A stretch of 32,000 bases of DNA from Alkanindiges illinoisensis DSM 15370 (GTDB lineage: Bacteria; Pseudomonadota; Gammaproteobacteria; Pseudomonadales; Moraxellaceae), in the NCBI RefSeq assembly GCF_000619845.1, contig NZ_JHUX01000003.1, positions 210,001 through 242,000 of the forward strand. Direction: 5' to 3'. The position numbers and the translations under genes are program-made. Position 1 is the first letter of the stretch, and the number at the start of each line of letters is the position of its first letter. Shown here in pieces: positions 1 through 8,697 of the stretch. Under the pieces are notes generated by a model. The model saw only the letters and a program-made list of their open reading frames with translations, was not told where the DNA came from and did no database searches.

Positions 1-1
1 T

Positions 2-1219
2 GACTTTGATAATTCACAAGATTTAGTCAAAGCTGATAGTTTAAGAATAATTGAATGTACGCCAGAATTTTGGAAATCAAGGCCACATTTTCATATGCTT
101 AGATATGAAAAAGGAGTGCGTCCTGAATTAGTAGAATATCGTCAATACCATAATATGCTACATGCTCATTCAATTAGTGACGCCGAGTGGCTGCTTATGA
201 TGGATATAGATGAGCTATTATATACAAGATCAGACGTAGGAAATTTGCTAAATAAGTATCCTGATAATATTTTTTCAATTTTATTGATGCCAATTGAAGC
301 GGTTTACAAGGATGATCCTCCAGTTAGTTTTAAAGAAGTATTTGATACAGACTTTTTTAAAACAAGAAAAAAAGTAAACTATGAGTATTGGAATAAAATA
401 TATGACAGGGAAGGAATCTATCATAAATCTGGTTTTTTCGGCCATGTTACCGGGAAATCTTTTACTCGGGTAAATAAGGAAATAATGCAACCATCTTGTC
501 ATTTAAATAAACCACTTGACCGTGATTTAGGTTATGCATTTATTGAAGAAAATATGAATATTATGCATTTTGAATCTCAAACACTTGAGATGTTTTCTCA
601 AAAAATTATTAATAGGTCTAGTAAAAAGTTTAATGTTGGTTTTCTAGATGAGATAAGTGTCAAACGTACCAATAATATAATTAGTATCTATAAAGAAAAA
701 GGTGAATTAGCCTTATTAGATATATATTTATATATGCATGTTTTTTCAAAAGAAAAAATTAATAAGATTTTAAATGATGGATATATATTAGAAATTACGG
801 ACAAGACTACTTCAGACTATGTATTTGATCATAAAATAGTTTCTTTCCACCATAGTGTTTTAGTTTATGATCATTCAAAAGATATTGTAATTGCTTTAAA
901 AGAAGAGGATATTTCTTCCTCTATACATTCAATTGTGAAAATTGCAATAAATAAAGAACGTGTAGATATAGAATCAAAGGCTTTTTTATATTTTGAATAT
1001 AATTATAAAATAGAATATTTATGTGTGGATAGAGATGGAAAAATTATAATATTTAGATCAAATAAAGCCCAATTATTAAATTATTTCACTGATAACAATT
1101 ATTTTTCATTATCAATTGATAATAAATATATAACAGTGAAGCCTAGTTGTGAGGTTTTATTTAAAGCAGAAAAAATTAATAAATGGGAGCAACTATATAA
1201 ATTTAATTTTAGAAGTTAA
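2..1219 (+). CDS. Putative capsule glycosyltransferase (DxD-type motif), 5'-truncated by the window edge
   Basis: The frame of the 95..1219 ORF stays open back to nt 2, so the gene starts upstream of the window. It has a DxD-like 'WLLMMDIDELLY' motif and a very AT-rich, Lys/Ile/Asn-rich composition, and sits next to polyol-phosphate capsule genes. Confidence 0.5.
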   Translation, partial: DFDNSQDLVKADSLRIIECTPEFWKSRPHFHMLRYEKGVRPELVEYRQYHNMLHAHSISDAEWLLMMDIDELLYTRSDVGNLLNKYPDNIFSILLMPIEAVYKDDPPVSFKEVFDTDFFKTRKKVNYEYWNKIYDREGIYHKSGFFGHVTGKSFTRVNKEIMQPSCHLNKPLDRDLGYAFIEENMNIMHFESQTLEMFSQKIINRSSKKFNVGFLDEISVKRTNNIISIYKEKGELALLDIYLYMHVFSKEKINKILNDGYILEITDKTTSDYVFDHKIVSFHHSVLVYDHSKDIVIALKEEDISSSIHSIVKIAINKERVDIESKAFLYFEYNYKIEYLCVDRDGKIIIFRSNKAQLLNYFTDNNYFSLSIDNKYITVKPSCEVLFKAEKINKWEQLYKFNFRS

Positions 1220-1255
1220 GTAGGTTAAGATAATTAATTAAAAAATAATTTTCCT

Positions 1256-1293
1256 TAGGGTAATAGTAAAATTTAGAAGTATTTATTACCCTA
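1256..1293 (+). terminator. Hairpin after the glycosyltransferase gene (10-bp perfect inverted repeat TAGGGTAATA / TATTACCCTA)
   Basis: The arms at 1256-1265 and 1284-1293 were read directly. It lies 37 nt after the stop at 1219 in a 308-bp AT-rich spacer. The loop is long (18 nt), so terminator function is uncertain. Confidence 0.3.
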
Positions 1294-1366
1294 GAATATA
1301 TTATTATATAATGATATCGATACCTAATATAATTCACTTACTTTATATCTAAAAATATATGTTTTA

Positions 1367-1382
1367 TCCCTCATGAGAGGGA
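1367..1382 (+). other. Short hairpin TCCCTC-atga-GAGGGA in the intergenic spacer
   Basis: A 6-bp stem with a 4-nt loop, read directly. No clean T-run follows. Confidence 0.25.
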
Positions 1383-1527
1383 AATATTATTGTAAATAGC
1401 TAAAATTACAAAGTTTTTATGTATAAATTTTCATTACTATATTGTAATCTTTCTACTACTAATCTTAAGACAAAATTGTTTTACAATTAACTTTTAAAAT
1501 TTTGCAATCGTAGCGGGAATTAGTTGT

Positions 1528-2892
1528 ATGAGTAAAATCACAAAATTAATTAACACACCTAACATTTTTTTTAAAGATATGGCTTACAAGACTCTGACCC
1601 AGCGTTTGCCTATGTTATTAGACAATTTAGGCAATAGACTAGAAGTTTTCGACACAAGCCCGAGCCCCGCAAAAAAAGTACCTGTGACTAAGCGACCTGT
1701 TTCTTCAACTAAAGCAGATAATTCAGTAGCAGCAAAAACTATAATACCTTCCTCGATAAATTTGAGTCATATTAATCTCCTGTCACCTATTTATCATATT
1801 ATACATACCGGAGAAGGTATGACTCATGGTCCATCACATTTAAGTTTATGGATTCCAACTTTTTTGACCACACAAATATCTTTTGCTGTCATCGTTCGTA
1901 ACGTAGATTTATATAATTGGGTGGTTGAAAAATATCCTTTTATTAATGTTGCCTATGCTAAAACACCTATAGATATTGAAAATCTATTAAACAATATGGC
2001 CTTTCTAAAGGGAATTTTTTATCCCTCTAATACAGGAAATAATATTCACTGTTTAAGATTCAATGTCTATGAGCACATCTTTATTGGCCATGGGGATAGT
2101 GACAAATCAGCAAGTGCTCACAAGTTTTTTCGGGTGTATGATCAAGTCTGGGTTGCAGGCCAAGCTCATATAGACCGCTTTAAAAATGCACAATTCAATA
2201 CTAATCATATTGATTTTGTTAAGGTAGGACGTCCTAACTTGTCTAGTGTCTTGGAAGTTTCAAAGACTCCTTGGCATAAGCGAATGGTTAATAATGTTTT
2301 ATATTTACCAACTTGGGAAGGCGTTTATGAAGAAAGTAATTATTCTTCATTGCGGCTTAGCGGGGTCATGCTTCAAAGTATCATTGAAAAATTTGGCCTA
2401 CTAGTAAGTACAAAACTACATCCAGTCACAGGGTCACGTGATCCTAGTTTGAAAAATATTCAATCAAAATTGCAACTTGCCCTTGAATCAAAGGGTAAAG
2501 AGATTTTATTTCATGGACCCTCTATAAATATTAGTGAATTGGTTTTACGTTCGAATTTATTTATTTGTGATATTTCAGCAGTGGTCTCAGAATGCTTGGC
2601 AGCTGATGCGCCAATTTTTGTTTATATACCTAAGGATAGGGAAATTAATGTTTCTCAAAGCGATATGAACTATGAGGATTATTGTTATACTTTCTCCACA
2701 GTTCCTGAGCTTTTAGCAAAGATAGAACAAGTATTGCAAGGCGATGACTATCTTAGGGAAAGTCGGCGGCAAGCAATGGAGTATATTTTAAGCGCTAATT
2801 CTATTGCTCAAGACCAATTTGCAATTGAGTTACGAAAATTAGCTGAAAAAAATTATTTGATTGATAACATGCGTATGTTTGTCCAGCAGTAA
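1528..2892 (+). CDS. TagF-like CDP-polyol:polyol-phosphate transferase (capsule polymerase candidate 1)
   Basis: Motifs 'HGDSDKS' and 'YLPTWEG' are typical of the CDP-glycerol/ribitol phosphotransferase (TagB/TagF, Glyphos_transf) family. It is a paralogue of the 4385..5485 gene and lies next to a CDP-ribitol synthesis gene. Confidence 0.7.
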   Translation: MSKITKLINTPNIFFKDMAYKTLTQRLPMLLDNLGNRLEVFDTSPSPAKKVPVTKRPVSSTKADNSVAAKTIIPSSINLSHINLLSPIYHIIHTGEGMTHGPSHLSLWIPTFLTTQISFAVIVRNVDLYNWVVEKYPFINVAYAKTPIDIENLLNNMAFLKGIFYPSNTGNNIHCLRFNVYEHIFIGHGDSDKSASAHKFFRVYDQVWVAGQAHIDRFKNAQFNTNHIDFVKVGRPNLSSVLEVSKTPWHKRMVNNVLYLPTWEGVYEESNYSSLRLSGVMLQSIIEKFGLLVSTKLHPVTGSRDPSLKNIQSKLQLALESKGKEILFHGPSINISELVLRSNLFICDISAVVSECLAADAPIFVYIPKDREINVSQSDMNYEDYCYTFSTVPELLAKIEQVLQGDDYLRESRRQAMEYILSANSIAQDQFAIELRKLAEKNYLIDNMRMFVQQ

Positions 2893-2933
2893 GATGTGAC
2901 ATAGAAATTTTTTGAGATGAATTAGGTTTATTA

Positions 2934-4307
2934 ATGAAAAATGTTGGTGTAATTTTATCAGGTGGTTCTGGTTCACGTTTCGGCGGCAGTTTACCAAAAC
3001 AATTTACCAAACTTGCTGGAAAAGCTGTTATTGAGTACACCATTCAGATCTTTGAGGATGCGCCCTTAATAGATGAAATTATCATCGTATCTAAAGGTGA
3101 GTATATTGAGCGTACTTGGGACATTATAAAAAATAATAACTGGAAAAAAGTATCTAAAGTAATTGTGGGTGGTGATCAGCGTTTTGACTCTACCTTATCT
3201 GCCTTACATAGCATGAAAAGTTATGATCCTACTAGTAAAGTCATTTTTCATGATGCAGTACGGCCGTTAATTAATAACAAGATAATTGAAGATTGCATTG
3301 ATAAACTTGATTTGTTCGAAGCCGTTGATGTGGTGATTCCATCAAGTGATACTTTGGTTGAAGTATATGATGATGGATGTATTGCCAATATTCCTAACCG
3401 GGTAAACATGCGTCGAGGACAAACGCCTCAGGCATTTATACTTTCTACTATTCAGCAAGCTTACCAAGAAGCGATAGCACGTGATCGGTATATCTTTACT
3501 TGTGATTGCGGTGTAATCAGAGCAATGTTGCCTCATATTCGGGTAGCTACTGTAGAAGGTTCGGAGCGTAATATAAAAATTACGCATCCTTTAGATTTAT
3601 TTATAGCAGAGAAGCTATTACAGTCTGGTGACCCACATAGTCTGTTAGACCATATTGATTTACAACAACTTGCAGGAAAAAATATAGTTATTTTCGGTGG
3701 CACCAGTGGTATTGGCCAGTCCATGCGAAATTTAGCAATACTGCATGGTGCTAATGTATTTGTAGCCAGTCGTAGCCATAACGCGGTAGATATTACGGAT
3801 AGAGTTAGTGTAAGTACTTATCTTGCTGATGTAACCTCACAGGTGGGCCATATAGATGCTGTGGTAAATACAGCTGGGCTATTAATTAAAAAACCTTTAG
3901 ATAATTTATCTCAAGACGAAGTGTTGTCATTAATTAATATTAACTATTTGGGTGCTGTAAATGTTGCTATAGCAGCCAAGCCATTTCTTGAGAAATCTAA
4001 AGGGATGTTGCTAAACTTTACATCAAGCTCTTACACGCGTGGACGTGCGTATTATGCGTTGTATTCTTCAACCAAATGCGCGATTGTTAATTTCACTCAG
4101 GCTTTGGCAGAAGAGTGGGGTTCTTACGGAATTCGGGTAAATTGTGTAAACCCGGAGAGAACTAGTACACCTATGCGTACCGCAAATTTTGGGCAGGAAG
4201 ATCCTTCTTTACTTCTGTCAGCTGATGAAGTTGGTAAAACTAGTTTGGCAGTGCTATTAAGCAATAAAACTGGTATCATTGTTGATGTGAGAAAAGATGG
4301 ACGCTAG
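2934..4307 (+). CDS. Bifunctional IspD/TarI-like cytidylyltransferase fused to a short-chain dehydrogenase (Bcs1/Acs1-like ribulose-5-P reductase / CDP-ribitol pyrophosphorylase)
   Basis: The N-terminus 'GVILSGGSGSRFG..LPKQF' is an IspD-type nucleotidyltransferase. The C-terminal half has the SDR signatures 'IFGGTSGIG', 'NTAG' and 'YSSTK' (YxxxK). The same fusion architecture occurs in Haemophilus influenzae Bcs1. Confidence 0.8.
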   Translation: MKNVGVILSGGSGSRFGGSLPKQFTKLAGKAVIEYTIQIFEDAPLIDEIIIVSKGEYIERTWDIIKNNNWKKVSKVIVGGDQRFDSTLSALHSMKSYDPTSKVIFHDAVRPLINNKIIEDCIDKLDLFEAVDVVIPSSDTLVEVYDDGCIANIPNRVNMRRGQTPQAFILSTIQQAYQEAIARDRYIFTCDCGVIRAMLPHIRVATVEGSERNIKITHPLDLFIAEKLLQSGDPHSLLDHIDLQQLAGKNIVIFGGTSGIGQSMRNLAILHGANVFVASRSHNAVDITDRVSVSTYLADVTSQVGHIDAVVNTAGLLIKKPLDNLSQDEVLSLININYLGAVNVAIAAKPFLEKSKGMLLNFTSSSYTRGRAYYALYSSTKCAIVNFTQALAEEWGSYGIRVNCVNPERTSTPMRTANFGQEDPSLLLSADEVGKTSLAVLLSNKTGIIVDVRKDGR

Positions 4308-4338
4308 CTAGCCTTATAGCCAGTTATATATATGTGTG

Positions 4339-4367
4339 AAAGCCTGCATTTTTGATGCAGGCTTTTT
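4339..4367 (+). terminator. Rho-independent terminator between the Bcs1-like gene and the second TagF-like gene
   Basis: AAAGCCTGCAT-ttttg-ATGCAGGCTTT is an 11-bp perfect stem running into a T-run. It is followed by TATAAT (4369-4374) and AGGA (4375-4378). Confidence 0.7.
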
Positions 4368-4384
4368 ATATAATAGGATCAGTT

Positions 4385-5485
4385 GTGCCTAATTACATTT
4401 ATCTAGACAGTAAAATTATTGGTACAGCTTATCAAATTGTTCAATATTTTAATACAGATGTATTTGATCGCTATAACACAATCATTTATTTTAAAAAGTA
4501 TAAAGAAAGTTTTACTGAATTTTCTAAAATTTTTATTAGCAATCATATAAAATTTTGTACATTTGAAAAATATTCTGAAATTAGAATGCTGCCAAATACG
4601 GTAGTATTTTATCTTTTTAATGCGCAGTCTAATTGCAGGATAGTTGCTAACCGCAGTCTCAAACATATATTTGTCACGCATGGGGAAAGTAATAAAATTT
4701 CCTCAATCAAACCTATTATAAGAATTTATGATTATGTGGTTACTGCTGGAAGGATGGGGATAAATCGTTATTTAGAGCATAAAATATTTAATCAAATGGA
4801 TGTGGAGAATGGCAGAGTTATTATGATGGGAAATACCTTTACAGGGAAAGCACCCTATCAGTATAGCTCTGGAGCAAAGAATTTATTGTTTGCGCCTACC
4901 TGGGAAGGGGGCATACCAGAAGAAAATTATAGCAGTCTGGAATGGCCGGATATTTTTTATAAGTTACTTACTTATATGAGAACAAAGGGTTTGATAACTT
5001 TAGTTATTCAGCCTCACCCTAATCTCGGACATCGGGTAGTAGAATATAAAGATAGACTATACAAAGGTATAAATTTTCTGCTACAACAAGGTGTTAATAT
5101 TATCTTGGTTAAAGATGAGATTGATTTAAAAGATTATTATTTAAGGTTAAAGTTTAAAAGCCTTTTTAAGGCCCAAACAAAAAATCAGCCTATAGCAGTT
5201 AAGGAGGCATTTACTGATATTTCCGCCATGGAAGCCCAGCTTTATGCGAGTTTTATTCCTGTTAGAACTTTTATTAAAGAGAAGCAGTATAACTTTAATG
5301 ATAAGTTTTTAAATTATTATTATCGGCATACTGCTATTTTTAATGAACAAGATATTCCAGATTATCAGAGTATATTGGTAAATGAGTTTTATAATTACAT
5401 ATTTGGATATAGTTTTCCTAATATAGCCAGCATGCCCTTACATGAACGCCTAGAGTGGCTATGTCACCATGTCTATACACACTAA
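4385..5485 (+). CDS. TagF-like CDP-polyol:polyol-phosphate transferase (capsule polymerase candidate 2)
   Basis: Motifs 'HGESNK' and 'FAPTWEGG..EENYSSL' parallel those of the 1528..2892 product. The track start (TTG 4352, ATG 4355) lies inside the terminator stem. GTG 4385 has AGGA 6 nt upstream, so it is preferred, but the start remains uncertain. Confidence 0.65.
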   Translation: MPNYIYLDSKIIGTAYQIVQYFNTDVFDRYNTIIYFKKYKESFTEFSKIFISNHIKFCTFEKYSEIRMLPNTVVFYLFNAQSNCRIVANRSLKHIFVTHGESNKISSIKPIIRIYDYVVTAGRMGINRYLEHKIFNQMDVENGRVIMMGNTFTGKAPYQYSSGAKNLLFAPTWEGGIPEENYSSLEWPDIFYKLLTYMRTKGLITLVIQPHPNLGHRVVEYKDRLYKGINFLLQQGVNIILVKDEIDLKDYYLRLKFKSLFKAQTKNQPIAVKEAFTDISAMEAQLYASFIPVRTFIKEKQYNFNDKFLNYYYRHTAIFNEQDIPDYQSILVNEFYNYIFGYSFPNIASMPLHERLEWLCHHVYTH

Positions 5486-5519
5486 GGGCAGAGTTTTATT
5501 CGCCTAAAATTAAATTTTA

Positions 5520-6533
5520 TCAATCAATTATATCAATCGAATAAACCCGCGCATTACGTTTACCTTTGTCACCGGTTGCAAAGATCACCATTAATTGTTT
5601 TTGTGGCGTAGTACGTACCGCAAGTCCTTCAGGTTCCCAAGTACTTTTAATACCGTCATTAAAGGCTTCATGTTTGCCTAATGTCAGATTTTGAATGTTT
5701 TGTATTTGTTTGCCTTGTAAGGTGTAAACATGAAGTTTTTTATTGTTAGGATTACCATAACCGCTAATCATATAAATATATTTACCATCAGTTGCCATAC
5801 CCTGAAAAGGAAAGCCGGCTGGAGTTAGGGATTTATCAACTGACCATTCATATAAATAGCTTTTACTCAAATCAGCAGTCATATTTAAATTAAATTTATT
5901 CATGTCAAATACGCGAATAACATTAAAACTTTGCCCATCTTTTTTTACCGCACTCCGTGCTACAAGGTATTTACCATCAGGGGAAAAGGTTGGCATGCTA
6001 TTAGTTCCTTTGCTATAACCTTTATCAAATAGCTTTATGATTTGAATATTTTTAGCTTCTCCATTAGGCTGATAGGCAAAGCGTACCGCATACCATCCGT
6101 GGTTTTTAATACCTGGACCAGCAGAGGCCCATAATTTTGAACTTTGAGGTTCCACAGTAATACCTTGATGCCCGATATAATCAGTAGGCTGCTGTGCATC
6201 AAGGGCAGTTTTATTATTTTTATCGTCTAGCTTATAACGATTAATAACCCCTTTAGAAGGCTTGCCAGTAACGTTAGTGGTATAAAGATATTTTGTTCTG
6301 GGGTCGATAGCAATGCCTTGTACAACTGCATTTTTTGCGGCTCCCACTCGCTTTAGCATAAACTGCGTTTTTGGTATACTAGTATTTATGCTCTTACTGA
6401 ATGCTTGCGCTTGTGGTAAAGTTTGAATCTCTTTTTGTAGTAAACTTTCATCGAGTGGTTTAGCATATACTGGTAAGAATACTCCAGGAAGGAGCAAGGC
6501 ATAAGGGAGTATTTTTAGGCTAAAGATATTCAA
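5520..6533 (-). CDS. Secreted beta-propeller-like protein of unknown function (possible phytase-like/lactonase-like esterase fold)
   Basis: It has the signal peptide 'NIFSLKILPYALLLPGVFLPVYA|KP'. Repeated blade-like strings are present ('DPRTKYLYTTN', 'SPDGKYLVARS', 'ATDGKYIYMISG', 'EPEGLAV'). No ATG is available; the internal TTG at 6533 has AGGA 8 nt upstream, whereas the track TTG at 6563 has no RBS. Confidence 0.55.
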   Translation of the reverse strand: MNIFSLKILPYALLLPGVFLPVYAKPLDESLLQKEIQTLPQAQAFSKSINTSIPKTQFMLKRVGAAKNAVVQGIAIDPRTKYLYTTNVTGKPSKGVINRYKLDDKNNKTALDAQQPTDYIGHQGITVEPQSSKLWASAGPGIKNHGWYAVRFAYQPNGEAKNIQIIKLFDKGYSKGTNSMPTFSPDGKYLVARSAVKKDGQSFNVIRVFDMNKFNLNMTADLSKSYLYEWSVDKSLTPAGFPFQGMATDGKYIYMISGYGNPNNKKLHVYTLQGKQIQNIQNLTLGKHEAFNDGIKSTWEPEGLAVRTTPQKQLMVIFATGDKGKRNARVYSIDIID

Positions 6534-6630
6534 TGTATTGATCCTATTTGAAATAATTAACAAAAGTATTTTTTAAATTTTATAGTAAATCCTCTAAGGT
6601 ATATTGTTATTAAGGTATATTTCTACGTAT

Positions 6631-8658
6631 ATGATTGGTTTAACATCTTTAGGAATTAACTATATTTCGCATCTTGAAAGCTTTTTAGGTAATGAAACAG
6701 TTTTTTTTCGCTATATAAATAATGAAAAGTTAAAAGCAATTGCAGGCTGGGGACGTAAGACTAGTTTTTATAGAGCCCAGAATTATTCAAAAAAACATAA
6801 TATTCCACTTATTACACTGGAAGATGGTTTCATCCGTTCCATTGGGTTGGGAGTACAGGGATATCAGCCACTTTCCTTAGTAATAGATGATCAAGGAATT
6901 TATTTTGATGCTTATCAAATCTCTACTCTGGAAAACCTGATTCATATAGGGCAGGAAGATCAAGGCCGTGCTCTTTTGGCTATTGAAAAAATTAGGCATT
7001 ACCAGATTTCAAAATATAATCATGCGCCTGAATTGGCATTAAATATTCCATTAGGGAAAAAACAAATTTTAATTGCTGACCAGACATTTGGTGATCAATC
7101 CATTAAATTTTCCGGTGCTAGTGAACAATCATTTGTGCAAATGCTGCAACAGGCAAAATCTGATTATCCAGAAGCGGTAATCTGGTTAAAGGTTCATCCG
7201 GATGTGATTTCAGGCAAGAAGCAGGGTCATTTTAATATTAATCAACTACGGGATGATCCACAGATCCAGATTATTGCCCAGAATTGCAATCCGATTGCAT
7301 TGCTTAAGCAAATGGATGAAGTGTATGTCGTTAGTTCACAAATGGGCTTTGAAGCATTAATGTTGGGTAAAACCGTTCACTGCTTTGGATTGCCTTGGTA
7401 TGCAGGCTGGGGTCTTACAAATGATGACTTTGCGCCTACAGGGATATTGCAGGGCAGGCGTCAGGTTAAGCGAAGTTTAACCCAGTTGTTTAGTGCCGCC
7501 TATTTTCAATATGCCCGTTACGTTAATCCCAATACTGGCAAGCGTTGTGAGCTGGAGGAAATTTTAGAGCTGCTGATATTGCAAAAATCCTGGGCCAACC
7601 AGTTAAGTGGTAATGTAAATGCGTTAGGTTTTAGCCGCTGGAAAAGAAATTTTATTCAGAGTTATTTGTCGCAGCCGACTAACCGGATTTTTTTTAAATG
7701 GTGGTATCCAAAGCAAGCGCTATCAGATCAGCACTACATTATCTGGGGGAATAAAAAGCCACAGCAACGGCAGCAGCTAGAGCAAAATAGACACGCAAAA
7801 GTCTGGCGTATGGAAGATGGATTTATTCGTTCTATTGGTCTTGGGGCAAATTTAATCCGGCCATTATCTCTGGTATTAGATGACCAAGGCATTTATTATG
7901 ATCCTAATCAGCCTTCACGGCTTGAAACTATTTTAAATAATATACAGCTTTTGCCAGAACAGCAGCAACGTGCCCAACAGCTAAGGTTTAAAATAGTAAG
8001 CCAGCATTTAAGTAAGTATAATATTGGAGAGAAGGAAAGCTGGCCTGATATTCCTAATGATAAAACTGTAATTTTAGTACCTGGGCAGGTGGAAGACGAT
8101 GCTTCTGTACAGTTGGGTGGATGTGGAATTTTTACTAATTTGGAATTATTAAAAGTAGTTCGTACAAATAAGCCAAATGCTTGGATCATTTATAAGCCTC
8201 ATCCAGATGTGGAGGCTGGCTTAAGACCAGGTAAAATTGTTAATGAAACGTTATATAAATATGCTAATTCAGTAATTTATAAAATGGACATGCCTTCTTG
8301 TCTGAATAAAGTTGATGAAATACATACGATTAGCTCTTTAACAGGTTTTGAGGCGTTACTTCGGCAAAAAAAAGTATACTGTTATGGATTGCCTTTTTAT
8401 GCAGGATGGGGATTGACTGAAGATCGTACCAGATGTGAACGACGTAAAAAACGATTAACGCTGGATGAATTAATATATGGAACTCTAGTATCATATCCAT
8501 TATATAAATTACCAGATGACGATAACGCCTATTTGGCGACACCTGAACATGTAATTGATTATATTGTTAAACAGCGTCAAATGAATGCTGGGTTAAGTCT
8601 GATGCAGAAAAAATCATGGCTGGCCAGATTAAGAGCGCTACTAATCTATAAACGTTAA
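6631..8658 (+). CDS. kpsC: Capsule polysaccharide export/modification protein KpsC (LipA); two-domain beta-Kdo transferase
   Basis: The N-terminus 'MIGLTSLGINYISHLESFL' resembles E. coli KpsC. The module is internally duplicated, with 'EDGFIRSIGLG...PLSLV.DDQGIY(F/Y)D' occurring twice. ATG 6631 is preferred over the TTG at 6604. Confidence 0.88.
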   Translation: MIGLTSLGINYISHLESFLGNETVFFRYINNEKLKAIAGWGRKTSFYRAQNYSKKHNIPLITLEDGFIRSIGLGVQGYQPLSLVIDDQGIYFDAYQISTLENLIHIGQEDQGRALLAIEKIRHYQISKYNHAPELALNIPLGKKQILIADQTFGDQSIKFSGASEQSFVQMLQQAKSDYPEAVIWLKVHPDVISGKKQGHFNINQLRDDPQIQIIAQNCNPIALLKQMDEVYVVSSQMGFEALMLGKTVHCFGLPWYAGWGLTNDDFAPTGILQGRRQVKRSLTQLFSAAYFQYARYVNPNTGKRCELEEILELLILQKSWANQLSGNVNALGFSRWKRNFIQSYLSQPTNRIFFKWWYPKQALSDQHYIIWGNKKPQQRQQLEQNRHAKVWRMEDGFIRSIGLGANLIRPLSLVLDDQGIYYDPNQPSRLETILNNIQLLPEQQQRAQQLRFKIVSQHLSKYNIGEKESWPDIPNDKTVILVPGQVEDDASVQLGGCGIFTNLELLKVVRTNKPNAWIIYKPHPDVEAGLRPGKIVNETLYKYANSVIYKMDMPSCLNKVDEIHTISSLTGFEALLRQKKVYCYGLPFYAGWGLTEDRTRCERRKKRLTLDELIYGTLVSYPLYKLPDDDNAYLATPEHVIDYIVKQRQMNAGLSLMQKKSWLARLRALLIYKR

Positions 8659-8697
8659 ATTTTAATCCTGTTCTTTTGGGATGAATTGAGGAGCAGT

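Noticed and set aside
1220-1527. The 308-bp AT-rich spacer as a site for a JUMPStart/ops element or a small RNA controlling the capsule genes.
   Set aside because: I could not find the ops core (GGCGGTAG) or any convincing promoter-plus-terminator-bounded unit. Only two hairpins were seen, and they are reported as low-confidence features.
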